The notes under the pieces: generated by a model
Databases searched by the model: none
Seen by the model: the letters and a program-made list of their open reading frames with translations, nothing else
Told to the model about the DNA's origin: nothing
Shown here: positions 1 through 14,281 of the stretch, in pieces
How the letters are laid out: each line of letters opens with the position of its first letter
Position numbering within the stretch: position 1 is the stretch's first letter
Assembly: GCA_003599755.1 (NCBI GenBank)
Contig: QZJO01000009.1
Location: 22,140-86,139 of the forward strand
Origin: Candidatus Parcubacteria bacterium
GTDB lineage: Bacteria > Patescibacteriota > Minisyncoccia > Sungbacterales > SURF-37
Length of the DNA stretch: 64,000 nt
Direction: 5' to 3'
Made by a program: the position numbers and the translations under genes

Positions 1-1253
<1,253 letters not shown>

Positions 1254-1265
1254 AATTTTCTGAAA

Positions 1266-1292
1266 TTAGCACTTGCGACCTTAGACTGCTAA
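1266..1292. promoter_or_regulatory. CIRCE-like inverted repeat (HrcA operator) upstream of groES
   Basis: TTAGCACTT-N9-GACTGCTAA matches the CIRCE consensus TTAGCACTC-N9-GAGTGCTAA with 2 mismatches. It lies 13 nt upstream of the groES start. Confidence 0.6.
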
Positions 1293-1402
1293 CACTAGAT
1301 GTACTTTCCCATAGCGCCCCATGTCAAGAGGAAACGGGAGGAAACTATACACAACGCTGCCTCGGGCCAAATCTGTATTCAGATCGGCGGGAATGCCCTA
1401 CC

Positions 1403-4252
<2,850 letters not shown>

Positions 4253-4800
4253 GGCATGGTAGTGTACTGCCAATCGGACGCGGGTTCAAGAGTGAACGGC
4301 ATCCGCCCTAGACGGATGCCGTTTCAGATGTCTGGAGCGCGCGACCGCATGGCCATCGCGCTATTCGTGGCGATTGAACGCCCGCGCCACCCGGGCAACC
4401 GGAACGCCATTGCGGCGCATCGCGACAAGCCGGCTATAACGATGCCGCAGCCGCGTCAGGTGCGACGCGCCTCCTCCGACGGCGAAGTCCTCCACGTCCC
4501 GGATCGCATCCGCAAGAAACGTACCATTCCTTCCCTCCCCGCACACGATCAGGGCGACCAGGATCTGCTGATCCAGCGGAATCGTTCGAAGCCGGAGCCC
4601 TGGTTCTTGATGGCCCTCCCGTGAACGCCGCGTTCGTTTCGGCATTGTCGCCTCCTCTCGGTTTACGATCTTATACGGGTATATCTGCCACACCGGATCC
4701 CAGCGCCGCACGGCTCAACCGCCGATGTATATGGGAACCTTCCGTTCCTTTGCAACGGTTATACTATACGCTAGACAATGGAAGCCGCACATTCAATTCT

Positions 4801-6123
4801 ATGGTCACCAAACCCACCGCCATCCCCGCATATCCCGGCGTTTATATCTTTCGCCGCGATGGAACGCCGATCTATGTCGGCAAAGCCGCGAACCTCAAAA
4901 CGCGGCTCGGTTCGTATTTCCAGAAACGGCCGAACCTCGGCACGAAAACCGAGCGGATGCTCGCCGAAGCCACAAGCGTGGATTTTGAAAGGGTCGTATC
5001 CGAGATCGATGCGCTGATCAAAGAAGCGGAGCTGATCAAAAAATTCCATCCCCGGTTCAACGTCATCATGCGCGATGACAAGAACTACTCGTTCGTCGGC
5101 ATTACCAAAGAGCCGTTTCCCCGCATCTTCGTCACGCATCAGCCGACCGACGCCGAGGCCAAGCGTCGCGCCGGCGCCAAAGGCGGCGCGAGTTACTACG
5201 GCCCGTTTACGAGCGCATCCGAACTCCACATGGCGCTCAAGCTTCTGCGCCGCGTATTCCCCTATTGCACCTGCAAACAGCCGCATAAACGTCCCTGCCT
5301 GAATAGCCAGATCGGCCGCTGTCCCGGCGTCTGCTGTATCACAGATCCGCGCGCCAGATTCAAGAAACTGGCGCACGCGCGGGCGCAGTACCGCCGCACG
5401 ATTCGGAAAATTATCGCCGTGCTCAAGGGTGATCGCCAGCGGCTGATGCAATCGCTCAAGCGCGAGATGGCACGCGCGGCCAGGACCGAACGCTATGAAG
5501 AGGCCGCGCGCCTGCGCGACGAGTTATCGGGACTCGAGAGCTTATTCGAGCATCGCACCGTGATCCGCCGACCGGACGCAGGCCCCCTATGGCAAGAGAC
5601 CGAAGCCCATTTGCGCGTAATGCTCGGCACGGACATGCCAATCAGCCGCATCGAGGGCTACGACATCTCCAATATCAGCGGTACCGAGGCGACCGGTTCC
5701 ATGGTGGTGTTCACCGATGGCCGACCGGACAAAAGCCAGTACCGAAAATTTCGCATCAAGACCGTGGTCGGCCCCAACGACGTCGCGTCGCACGGCGAGG
5801 TATTGCGCCGCCGCTTTACCCATCCCGAATGGCATTACCCCCAACTCGTCGTGATGGACGGCGGCAAGCCGCAGCTCAATGCCGCGCTCGCGGCCCTGAA
5901 GGATTCGGCCAAACGCGATAAAATTATCGGCCGCGTGATCGTCACCGCGCTTGCCAAGCGCGAGGAGATTCTCTTCACCGCCGACGGCCGATCCATCCGC
6001 CTCGCCAACGAGCACCCGGCGCTCTTCAATCTCTTTCGCTTCATCCGGAACGAATCCCACCGCTTCGCCCAGGCCTATCATCATAAACTCCGCCAAAAAT
6101 TCTATGCCGCGTCATCGCGATAA
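4801..6123 (+). CDS. uvrC: Excinuclease ABC subunit C, short form
   Basis: GIY-YIG motif at the N-terminus (PGVYIFRRDGTPIYVGKAANLKTRLGSYF) plus the UvrC endonuclease region. Start chosen at the Met directly preceding the GIY-YIG domain. Confidence 0.85.
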   Translation: MVTKPTAIPAYPGVYIFRRDGTPIYVGKAANLKTRLGSYFQKRPNLGTKTERMLAEATSVDFERVVSEIDALIKEAELIKKFHPRFNVIMRDDKNYSFVGITKEPFPRIFVTHQPTDAEAKRRAGAKGGASYYGPFTSASELHMALKLLRRVFPYCTCKQPHKRPCLNSQIGRCPGVCCITDPRARFKKLAHARAQYRRTIRKIIAVLKGDRQRLMQSLKREMARAARTERYEEAARLRDELSGLESLFEHRTVIRRPDAGPLWQETEAHLRVMLGTDMPISRIEGYDISNISGTEATGSMVVFTDGRPDKSQYRKFRIKTVVGPNDVASHGEVLRRRFTHPEWHYPQLVVMDGGKPQLNAALAALKDSAKRDKIIGRVIVTALAKREEILFTADGRSIRLANEHPALFNLFRFIRNESHRFAQAYHHKLRQKFYAASSR

Positions 6124-6281
6124 GAAAACAAAATCCGAACGCCGTGAGAAAACAAAGCGCCCGCGCATGCTGGTCTCGGGAAAGGGCGTCTTCTTACTGG
6201 CCGCAGTGCAGCGTAAACGCCGCAGTCGCTAAGGGACGCCGTGCTTTGACCCATGGCCGCCGGCTTGGTACCATAGAATTC

Positions 6282-6674
6282 GTGTTTTTCTTGAAATTCG
6301 GGATACGTATTACCGCCAATGCCGGGGCCTTGTGGGTCGCGGATCGCCTCTTTGCGGGTTTCAGCGTCATTCCCCATGTCTTGCCGAGCATGGCGGGCAT
6401 CGGCGTCGAATCTATGGCGCAGACGTTTCTGATCAGCGGCCTGATCTTGGCGATATTGTTTGCCTTTGTCCGGCCGATTCTGAAACTCCTGAGCTTCCCG
6501 CTCATTATCCTGACGTTCGGCATCTTCAACATCGTCATCAGCATCATCCTCATCGCCCTTGCCGATTGGATTGCCGGCGGCATCGAAGTAACCGGATTCA
6601 TTGCGTATGTCGGCGGCGCGCTCATCATCAGTGCTGCCAACGCTTTCATCGAACTCCTCTTCCGCACGTCATAA
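6282..6674 (+). CDS. Phage-holin-4_2 / DUF360 (YvlD-like) small membrane protein
   Basis: Four predicted TM segments. FVRPILKLLSFPLIILTFGIFNIVIS resembles the conserved core of YvlD-family proteins. The start (GTG or TTG) is uncertain. Confidence 0.55.
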   Translation: MFFLKFGIRITANAGALWVADRLFAGFSVIPHVLPSMAGIGVESMAQTFLISGLILAILFAFVRPILKLLSFPLIILTFGIFNIVISIILIALADWIAGGIEVTGFIAYVGGALIISAANAFIELLFRTS

Positions 6675-6676
6675 TT

Positions 6677-6898
6677 ATGGATACCATCCTGAACATTATC
6701 CTCGTCGTCACGGCGGTGTTGCTCATTGCCGCCATTCTTTTGCAGCAGCGCGGCACCGGCCTCTCGACCGCGTTCGGCGGCGACGGCACGGTCTATCGCA
6801 CCAAGCGCGGCCTCGAAAAAGGGATCTTCTTCGCGACGATCGTTCTGGCGATCCTGTTTTTCGGAACGGCGCTCGCGCGCATCGTCTTTCCGTCCTAA
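6677..6898 (+). CDS. secG: Preprotein translocase subunit SecG
   Basis: 73 aa with two TM helices flanking a Gly-rich loop (LLQQRGTGLSTAFGGDG), as in SecG. Confidence 0.8.
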   Translation: MDTILNIILVVTAVLLIAAILLQQRGTGLSTAFGGDGTVYRTKRGLEKGIFFATIVLAILFFGTALARIVFPS

Positions 6899-6916
6899 CG
6901 AATCCGATTTCTTCGC

Positions 6917-8704
6917 ATGACGCTCCTTGCATCGGGTGACCCCGATTCCTCAGGCGGCATACCGCAAAGCCGTCCGTCATCGCGCTGGCAGACGCTGCGG
7001 CGGCTTTCCCGCCGCCAGTGGCTCTATCTGCCGCGCCTGTTCCCGCGCCGGGAACGGATATTCATCGTCGTGCTTGTCCTGATCGCCATAAGCTCGGCAA
7101 GCGCGCTCTCGGCGCGTGTTGTCTGGCGCGTCACCGTGCCGCAGCCGGCGGTCGGAGGGACGCTGCGCGAAGGCGCCCTGCAGGAGCCGCGCTTCATTAA
7201 CCCGATCTACGCCTCCTCCGACACCGATCGGGCGCTCGCCGCACTCGTCTTTTCGCAGCTCGTCCGCTATAACCCCGCGGGCGAGATCGAAATGGATCTG
7301 GCCGAGGACGTAGTCGTCGCAAGCGACGGCAAGGCCTACACGGTCAATCTCCGCCGCGGCGTCCAATGGCATGACGGCGAGGACTTCACGGCTGATGACG
7401 TGCTCTACACCATCCGCACGATCCAAGACCCCGGCTACCAAAGCCCGTTGCGCGCCAATTGGCAGGGAGTCACGGCCGAGAAACTCAACGATTACACCGT
7501 CCGATTTTCGCTGCGCCAACCCTATGCGCCGTTTATGGAAAATCTCGCGGTCGGCATCGTGCCCGCGCACCTCTGGGAGCGCATTCCGCGCGACGGCGCG
7601 CCCCTGTCCGATCTCAACCTCAAACCCGTCGGTACGGGACCGTACCAATTCGATAAATTCACGCGGCGCGAAGACGGCGTCATCACGCTCGTCGCGCTCA
7701 AGCGCTACAAAAATCATCACCGCGGTTCGCCGTTCGTAAAAGAAATCCGCTTCTCGTTCTATCCGAGCGAGGAGCGCATGGTAGCGGCCTACCGCCGCGG
7801 CGAAATCGACGCGCTGCCGGTCGCCACGCCCGACGCGATCGCGGCGCTCGCGGAGCTGGATGCCGAAATCCATGAAATGAATATTCCGAAGGTTTTCGGC
7901 GTCTTCTTGAATGCGAGCACCCAGCCGATACTCGGCAAGCGAACGCTGCGCGAAGCCCTGTCGCACGCGATCGACCGCGAACGCATTATCCGCGAGACCA
8001 CGAACGGCGGCCAAGCCATCGGCTCAGCACTCCCGCCGGGCACCATCGGGTTTCGAGACGATCTCAAGCCCGCGGCATACGATCCGGATCTTGCCCGCGA
8101 ACTGATCGCCCAGGACGGCTGGAAGGATGCGGACGAGGACGGCGTGCTGGAACGTTCGGAAACCGATGCGAACCGCCGAAAAGTTACGCGCAAGTTGGAA
8201 GTCATCATTACGACCGCCGACACGCCGGAGCTTGCCGGCGCGGCGAACTTGATCGCCGAGATGTGGCGGGCGGTCGGCGTAAAAACCGAAGTGCGCGCGC
8301 TCGCGACCGCGAATCTCGAAGCTGATGTCATTCGTCCCCGCTCCTACGAAATTCTGATCTTCGGCGAGGCGTTCAGCCACGAACCCGATCCCTATGCATT
8401 CTGGCACACCTCGCAGCTCAAAGATCCCGGACTCAACATTGCGCTGTACTCGAATCCGACCGTGGATAATCTCCTCGCCGAGGCCCGCGGCCTGGCCGAC
8501 CGCGACGCGCGCGCGGAGCGGTACCGCCAATTCCAAAAAATCGTCTCGGACGAGATCGGCGCCATTTTCCTCTACAGCCCGCGCACCTATTATGCGATCC
8601 GCCAGAGCACCAACGGCGTCCAACTGACCGCCGTGGCCCTGCCCGAAGACCGCTTCGCGGATATCCACCGCTGGTACCAAGACACGCGAAGAGCGCTGAA
8701 GTAA
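6917..8704 (+). CDS. ABC transporter substrate-binding protein, family 5 (oligopeptide/nickel type)
   Basis: 595 aa with an N-terminal signal anchor and full-length resemblance to OppA/DppA-like solute-binding proteins. Confidence 0.7.
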   Translation: MTLLASGDPDSSGGIPQSRPSSRWQTLRRLSRRQWLYLPRLFPRRERIFIVVLVLIAISSASALSARVVWRVTVPQPAVGGTLREGALQEPRFINPIYASSDTDRALAALVFSQLVRYNPAGEIEMDLAEDVVVASDGKAYTVNLRRGVQWHDGEDFTADDVLYTIRTIQDPGYQSPLRANWQGVTAEKLNDYTVRFSLRQPYAPFMENLAVGIVPAHLWERIPRDGAPLSDLNLKPVGTGPYQFDKFTRREDGVITLVALKRYKNHHRGSPFVKEIRFSFYPSEERMVAAYRRGEIDALPVATPDAIAALAELDAEIHEMNIPKVFGVFLNASTQPILGKRTLREALSHAIDRERIIRETTNGGQAIGSALPPGTIGFRDDLKPAAYDPDLARELIAQDGWKDADEDGVLERSETDANRRKVTRKLEVIITTADTPELAGAANLIAEMWRAVGVKTEVRALATANLEADVIRPRSYEILIFGEAFSHEPDPYAFWHTSQLKDPGLNIALYSNPTVDNLLAEARGLADRDARAERYRQFQKIVSDEIGAIFLYSPRTYYAIRQSTNGVQLTAVALPEDRFADIHRWYQDTRRALK

Positions 8705-8760
8705 GATCGAATTAAGCGTCGCGGGTTTCATCGCCGCTAACGAGGATCGGTTGTTTACCT

Positions 8761-9603
8761 ATGCTGCAGTCGCTGGAAAAACAGGCTGGCCTTCCCCTTT
8801 CCCTGGATCCGGCAACCAACACGATCGCGTGGCCGGACGCTGTACGCGTGGAGAAAACCAGCGTCCGGTCGTTGGCCGAGATGCGGGCCTTTCTTTCAAA
8901 CTTTCGGACCAGCGCTCCGACCGACACGATCTACACCATGTACCGCAACGTCTGCCTGGCCGCGGACGAAGCGGCCATCCGCTCGCTCGACCTGCGGTAT
9001 GACATCACCGTCATTCCGCCCGGCGCGTTCGACGGCAAGCGGCGCCGGGAATTGTTCCGCACCGCGGGCCACTACCATCCGTTCAAGCCGGGCACGGGCG
9101 TGGCGTACCCCGAGATCTACGAAGTATTGAGCGGCCACGCGTATTGGCTCATTCAGCGGCCGAAAATAAGCGATCCGGCGATCGTGGAAGAGGTCTATCT
9201 TATTGAGGCCGGGCCGGGCGAAAAAGCGATTATGCTTCCCGGCTTCGGCCATGTGACGATCAATGCCTACCAGGAACCGCTCGTGCTTTCCGATTGGACC
9301 AGCACCGCGTTTACCAGCGATTACGAGCCGTATCGGCGCATGCACGGCGCGGCCTACTGGGCATTCGAAGGGCCGAATCCCGAGACCATCGTATTCGACG
9401 TCAACACCCATTACCGCAACGTGCCGGACCTGGCCAAGTACCGCCCGCGCGAAATTCCCGAATTCGGCCTGACATTCGATACGCCCGCCTATGAGCTGGT
9501 GCGCGATCTGGAAAAGCTGCGCTTCCTCAGCGATCCCGAAGATTTTACCGCACTGCTGACGCTTAATCGGTGCTACGAAAAAGTAGCGTCGGGCGGGGAT
9601 TGA
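8761..9603 (+). CDS. Cupin-type glucose-6-phosphate isomerase family protein
   Basis: GHYHP metal-binding motif and overall similarity to archaeal-type cupin PGI (PF06560-like). Confidence 0.5.
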   Translation: MLQSLEKQAGLPLSLDPATNTIAWPDAVRVEKTSVRSLAEMRAFLSNFRTSAPTDTIYTMYRNVCLAADEAAIRSLDLRYDITVIPPGAFDGKRRRELFRTAGHYHPFKPGTGVAYPEIYEVLSGHAYWLIQRPKISDPAIVEEVYLIEAGPGEKAIMLPGFGHVTINAYQEPLVLSDWTSTAFTSDYEPYRRMHGAAYWAFEGPNPETIVFDVNTHYRNVPDLAKYRPREIPEFGLTFDTPAYELVRDLEKLRFLSDPEDFTALLTLNRCYEKVASGGD

Positions 9604-9854
9604 CAGATCGGTTCGGGCGCGGTAGTATTGCACCATAACAATCTCCGCAATATCGCAATCGTTCACGGGTTTGCGTTCATAACCGCATCCCCGGAACATT
9701 CTTTTGCCGCGGTAGATGGAATGGCAGATTTACCCCGCCCAGATGATGGGCAGGTGGTGGAATCGGCAGACACGTACGGTTCCCCGCACCAGAGCAAAGC
9801 TCGGTGCGAGGTGGGCGCTGCCGTATGCCGCCCATCGAATTCCAAAATGCATAT

Positions 9855-9936
9855 GCCCTGGTGGCGGAACTGGCAGACGCGCACGGTTCAGAGCCGTGTG
9901 AGGCAACTCGTGGGAGTTCGACTCTCCCCCAGGGCA
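9855..9936 (+). tRNA. tRNA-Leu (anticodon CAG)
   Basis: Manual fold: acceptor GCCCTGG/CCAGGGC, D arm, anticodon loop TTCAGAG, long variable arm TGAGGCAACTCGT, T loop TTCGACT, discriminator A. No CCA is encoded. Confidence 0.8.
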
Positions 9937-10087
9937 CTGCACGGTCATATGACCAAGCATTCATTATTCGTCTAACGTAATTGGGTAATACGCAGACACT
10001 CCAAAGGCCGGTTTGCTATTTACCTCGACGCGCGTATTCTCCGATGCGCTCGTATCGCAGTAACACGACGACTATCTGCATAACCGC

Positions 10088-11833
10088 ATGATACGCACCA
10101 CGCAAAGCCGGCGCCGCGGCGAATCCTTGCCGCTGGTACTCCGGTCACTCAATCACGAAAATCGCCCCGCGCTCCGCATTATCCCGGTCGGGGGCGTCGA
10201 GGAAGTCGGTCGCAACATGACTATCCTCGAATACGGCAATGACATCATCGTCGTCGACATGGGCCTCCAATTTCCCGAGGAGGACATGCCGGGGATCGAC
10301 TACATCATTCCGAATATCGAATACCTCATCCCCAAGAAGAAAAACATCCGGGGCATCATCATCACGCACGCGCACTACGATCACATCGGCGCGATCCCCC
10401 ACCTCATGCCCATGCTGGGGGACTCGATTCCGATCTATGCCACCGACCTGGCCTGCGCGATCATCGCGCGCCGCCAGGAGGACTACAAGCACTACGGCTC
10501 GCGCCTGCAGCTCAACGAGATCAAAAACGACACCAAGCTTACGCTCGGCGCGTTCAAGATCGAATTCTTCGGCGTGTCGCACAACATCCCCGGTTCGGTC
10601 GGCGTGATCGCCGAGACGCCCGGGGGCATCGTGGTGCACACCGGCGACTTCAAGATCGATCTTAAATCCGATATCGCCGGCCGCACCGAAGTCGAGAAAA
10701 TAAAGGCGCTCGGCAAGCGAAACGTCCTTGCCCTGCTCTCGGACTCGACCAACGCCCGCGAGTCAGGCCACCAAAACTCCGAACACGAAATCAAACTGCA
10801 GCTCGAAGACATCATCCGCGATACCAAAGGCCGCCTCATCATCGGCACGTTCGCCTCGCTCTTGGGCCGCCTCAACCAGATCATCCAGCTGGCCGAGAAA
10901 TACAAGCGCAAAGTCGCCATCGACGGCCATTCGATGAAGCTCAACATTGAAATCGCCAAGAAGCTCGGCTACATGCAGTTCAACGAAAAGACGGTTATCC
11001 CGATCCAGGAGGTCGAGAACTACCGGCCCGAGCAAGTCATGATCCTTGCGACCGGCGCCCAGGGCGAAGAGCGCGCCTCGCTCATGCGCATGGCCAATCG
11101 CGAGCACCGGGTGCTCCGTATCCAGCCGGGCGACACGGTGGTCTTCTCCTCGTCGGTCATCCCGGGCAATGAGCGCACGGTCCAGCGCCTCACCGATAAG
11201 CTCTACCGCGAAGGAGCGGAAGTCATCAACAAATACATGCTCGACATCCACGCCGGCGGGCATGCCAAACGCGAGGACCTGAAGCAAATGGTGGAGTGGA
11301 TCCGGCCGAAATTTCTCGCGCCGATAGAAGGCAACCACTCGTTCTTGAAAATGCACGGCAAGGCCGCAATGGAAGCGGGCATGAAGCCCGAGCAGATCCT
11401 CATCGCCGACAATGGCCAGGTTATCTCCTGCCAGGGCAGCGTCTGCACGCTTACCGACGAACGCATCCCCTCGAGCTACGTCTTCGTCGACGGCCTCGGC
11501 GTCGGCGACATCGGCGAAGTGGTGCTGCGCGATCGCGAGGCGCTTGCCTCCGACGGCATGTTCGTCATCATCGCCGTCATCGACAGCCAGACCGGAAAAC
11601 TCCGGGGTTCGCCCGACATCATTTCGCGCGGCTTCGTGTATCTCCGGGAAAACCAGGAACTCCTGAAAGACGTGCGAAAGAAAATAAAAGACATCATCGA
11701 ATCGAGTACCACGCCAAATGAAACCTTGAACCCGCAGTACGTGCGCGACAATCTGCGCGACCGCGTGGGCCAATACCTCTTCACGAAAACCCAGCGCCGA
11801 CCCATGGTCCTGCCCGTCGTGGTCGAAGTCTAG
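10088..11833 (+). CDS. rnj: Ribonuclease J
   Basis: Metallo-beta-lactamase / beta-CASP motifs (HAHYDHIG) and full-length RNase J similarity. Confidence 0.85.
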   Translation: MIRTTQSRRRGESLPLVLRSLNHENRPALRIIPVGGVEEVGRNMTILEYGNDIIVVDMGLQFPEEDMPGIDYIIPNIEYLIPKKKNIRGIIITHAHYDHIGAIPHLMPMLGDSIPIYATDLACAIIARRQEDYKHYGSRLQLNEIKNDTKLTLGAFKIEFFGVSHNIPGSVGVIAETPGGIVVHTGDFKIDLKSDIAGRTEVEKIKALGKRNVLALLSDSTNARESGHQNSEHEIKLQLEDIIRDTKGRLIIGTFASLLGRLNQIIQLAEKYKRKVAIDGHSMKLNIEIAKKLGYMQFNEKTVIPIQEVENYRPEQVMILATGAQGEERASLMRMANREHRVLRIQPGDTVVFSSSVIPGNERTVQRLTDKLYREGAEVINKYMLDIHAGGHAKREDLKQMVEWIRPKFLAPIEGNHSFLKMHGKAAMEAGMKPEQILIADNGQVISCQGSVCTLTDERIPSSYVFVDGLGVGDIGEVVLRDREALASDGMFVIIAVIDSQTGKLRGSPDIISRGFVYLRENQELLKDVRKKIKDIIESSTTPNETLNPQYVRDNLRDRVGQYLFTKTQRRPMVLPVVVEV

Positions 11834-11845
11834 CAAAATGGGAAA

Positions 11846-11879
11846 ACCCGGCAGAGCGCTTCGCTCCGCCGGGTTTTTC
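11846..11879. terminator. Hairpin plus T-run after rnj, bidirectional
   Basis: CCCGGCAGAGCG...CGCTCCGCCGGG followed by TTTTTCG. Confidence 0.5.
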
Positions 11880-11885
11880 GTTGAC

Positions 11886-12194
11886 TCACTTCACCGAGGA
11901 GAGCCGCCCGAGATCGCGCACAAGACGAAACCCGCGGAACCCTGCCAGAGTTAGAGCAACGAACGCGTTGGCAAGATGCCGGGCATCGGTGCCCTGGCCG
12001 CGGAACAATCGCCGCGCCTCGGCCAGCGGCACGCGGTTCCGGGCTGCATACTCCGCGACGCCGCGGATCCATCCGCGGCGAGCTCGGCGCAGGAGCCGCT
12101 TGCGCACCCCGGTATTGGCGAGGCCAGAGATCGCCGCCCAGAGTCCCGGCAAGAACCACAGCGCGACCGCGATCGCGACCATGAGTTTTGTCAT
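11886..12194 (-). CDS. Small basic membrane protein, hypothetical
   Basis: GGAGG lies 8 nt upstream of ATG at 12194. The protein has an N-terminal TM helix followed by an Arg-rich tail. Confidence 0.4.
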   Translation of the reverse strand: MTKLMVAIAVALWFLPGLWAAISGLANTGVRKRLLRRARRGWIRGVAEYAARNRVPLAEARRLFRGQGTDARHLANAFVALTLAGFRGFRLVRDLGRLSSVK

Positions 12195-12247
12195 TGCAAC
12201 TGCCTCCGGCATTGGTTTTCAGCCCGTTTTACGATAGAATGCGGACG

Positions 12248-13246
12248 ATGAAGGGTCAATCACGCATATTCAGCGGCATCCGCCCCTCGGGCGATTTACA
12301 TATCGGCAACTATCTCGGCGCGATCAAGCAATGGATCAAACTGCAGGACTCGCATGAGATTATCGCCGGTATCGTGGATCTGCATGCCATCACCACGCCG
12401 CACGAGCCCGAAAAACTCCGCCGCGCCACGCTCGAGACCGCGATGGTCTATTTGGCCGCGGGTCTGGATCCGAACAAAGTGACGCTCATGGTGCAATCGC
12501 ACGTGCCCGCACACACCGAGCTTGCGTGGATTTTAGGCACCATGACGCCGCTGGGCGAGCTTGAGCGCATGACGCAATTTAAGGAGAAGGGACGCGAAGC
12601 GGCCGCGCGCCAAGGCATCATGGCCGGCCTCCTCAACTATCCGGTGCTTATGGCAGCCGATATTCTTCTGTATCAGACCGCGGTCGTGCCGGTCGGCGAG
12701 GACCAAGAACAGCACGTCGAACTCGCCCGCTCCATTGCCGAGCGCTTCAACAACAAATACGGTGAAACGTTTACGGTACCGGCCGTGCAACTGCAAAAAG
12801 AATCGGCGCGCATCATGTCGCTGACTGATCCGGAAAAGAAAATGTCCAAAAGCGACGAGTCGGCCAAAAGCGCCATCATGCTGGCTGATGAGCCCGGCGC
12901 GATCCGAGAAAAAATAAAATCCGCGGTCACGGATTCGGGCAAAGAAATCCGCTACGACCCGGACGCCAAGCCGGCGGTATCGAATCTCCTCGTTATCTTT
13001 TCCGAACTTTCCGGCCGGCCGATCAAGGAGCTCGAAGAATCCTATAACGGCAAAGCCTACGCTGAATTCAAATCAGACCTCGCCGAAGCGGTGATCGAAG
13101 GCCTCAAGCCGTTGCAGGCCAAGCTCACGGAACTCCGCGAGAACGAACAAGCGGTGCTGACGATTCTCCGCGACGGCAGCGAAAAGGCCGCCGCGATCGC
13201 GAACAAAACCTTGGCAAGCGTGCGCGAAAAAATCGGATTTCTCTAA
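12248..13246 (+). CDS. trpS: Tryptophan--tRNA ligase
   Basis: Class I HIGN (HIGNYLG) and KMSKS motifs with full-length TrpRS similarity. Confidence 0.9.
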   Translation: MKGQSRIFSGIRPSGDLHIGNYLGAIKQWIKLQDSHEIIAGIVDLHAITTPHEPEKLRRATLETAMVYLAAGLDPNKVTLMVQSHVPAHTELAWILGTMTPLGELERMTQFKEKGREAAARQGIMAGLLNYPVLMAADILLYQTAVVPVGEDQEQHVELARSIAERFNNKYGETFTVPAVQLQKESARIMSLTDPEKKMSKSDESAKSAIMLADEPGAIREKIKSAVTDSGKEIRYDPDAKPAVSNLLVIFSELSGRPIKELEESYNGKAYAEFKSDLAEAVIEGLKPLQAKLTELRENEQAVLTILRDGSEKAAAIANKTLASVREKIGFL

Positions 13247-13259
13247 GCGGTCTATAGGC

Positions 13260-13293
13260 AAAACTAGCCAAGACGATCGTCTTGGCTAGTTTT
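13260..13293. terminator. Perfect 34-nt palindromic hairpin, bidirectional terminator
   Basis: AAAACTAGCCAAGACG-ATCGTCTTGGCTAGTTTT sits between convergent trpS and the gene at 13318. Confidence 0.7.
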
Positions 13294-13317
13294 CGGTTCC
13301 GTATCTTTTCGCCGGCA

Positions 13318-13749
13318 CTACTTCTTTTCGTCCCGGTCCGCGAAGCCAAACCACCAGAGTATACTTCCGAAAAACGCGACCGCGATATCGCGGATAACGT
13401 CGCGCTGCCAAATTTCGGTCATGTGCAGCGCGTAATAACGGACGTCATCGTCGAAATAGTATTCATACACCTCCCAGGAGACCGTCACGGCAAGCGTCAC
13501 GATCATGAGGCGCCAGAGCCGCGGCTGAAGCGCGAACCACTCGTATGCGAGCGCGATCAGCACGCCGCCGAAAAAATGGGGAATTTTATCGATGTCATGG
13601 GCGCCGATGTAGCGCAATTGCTGGCGCGTGGCGAAAAAATCCACGAAAACCAAAAAGCCCGCGAGCCCGAGCCCGATGACCGAACCCAACGCCTGTTTCC
13701 ACGGCGCAAAACCGCGATTCCACCGCATGCGGATAGCCATCACCGCCAT
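13318..13749 (-). CDS. Hypothetical polytopic membrane protein
   Basis: ORF with several hydrophobic segments. The start is uncertain and the longest ORF reaches 13824. Confidence 0.45.
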   Translation of the reverse strand: MAVMAIRMRWNRGFAPWKQALGSVIGLGLAGFLVFVDFFATRQQLRYIGAHDIDKIPHFFGGVLIALAYEWFALQPRLWRLMIVTLAVTVSWEVYEYYFDDDVRYYALHMTEIWQRDVIRDIAVAFFGSILWWFGFADRDEKK

Positions 13750-13756
13750 AGCGTAC

Positions 13757-14281
13757 TTATTTTCCCAGAGAAATAGAGAATCGCCAAGGTTTCGCGCGCC
13801 ACGCGCCGGCATAATCCACGCCAATGCGCGGACTGCGCCTGATGGCGCGCGGCGGAATCTTTGCGCCCCGATCTTCGATCCAAAGCCCCGTTTTGTACAT
13901 TGCCGGCATGCGATTCAGGCGGCCGTCTATGCCCAACGCTTTCGTCACGCGCGCAGGACCGATGACGCCTTCAATGCCGCGCATCAAAATGGCAGCCGGG
14001 TACGCTTCGCGCTCGGTCACAACGTTGAGCATCCAATGCATGCCGTACGTGAAATACACATACCAGTAACCGGGCGGCCCGAACATGATGCTGTTGCGGA
14101 TAGTTTTGCCGCGACTGGCGTGCGATGCAAGATCATGCGGACCGACATAGGCCTCGACCTCGGTGATCATGGCTGCGATCTCGCGCCTGCCGCGTTTGCG
14201 CACCAAATATTTCCCAAGCAAATCTTTCGCCACGACGAGCGTCGGGCGATCGAAGAATTTCGGACCGAGGAGGCGCCTCAT
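13757..14281 (-). CDS. mpg: DNA-3-methyladenine (methylpurine) glycosylase, Mpg/AAG family
   Basis: EVEAYVGPHDLASHASRGKT...FGPPGYWYVYFTYGMHWMLNVV closely matches the MPG family. Confidence 0.8.
   Translation of the reverse strand: MRRLLGPKFFDRPTLVVAKDLLGKYLVRKRGRREIAAMITEVEAYVGPHDLASHASRGKTIRNSIMFGPPGYWYVYFTYGMHWMLNVVTEREAYPAAILMRGIEGVIGPARVTKALGIDGRLNRMPAMYKTGLWIEDRGAKIPPRAIRRSPRIGVDYAGAWRAKPWRFSISLGK

Noticed and set aside
4274-4800. Small ORFs in the 530-nt uvrA-uvrC intergenic region (minus strand 4361-4711, plus strand 4208-4624)
   Set aside because: No RBS, no domain, and arginine-rich composition. The region is more likely a divergent promoter or regulatory region. A GC hairpin at ~4300-4322 has no T-run.
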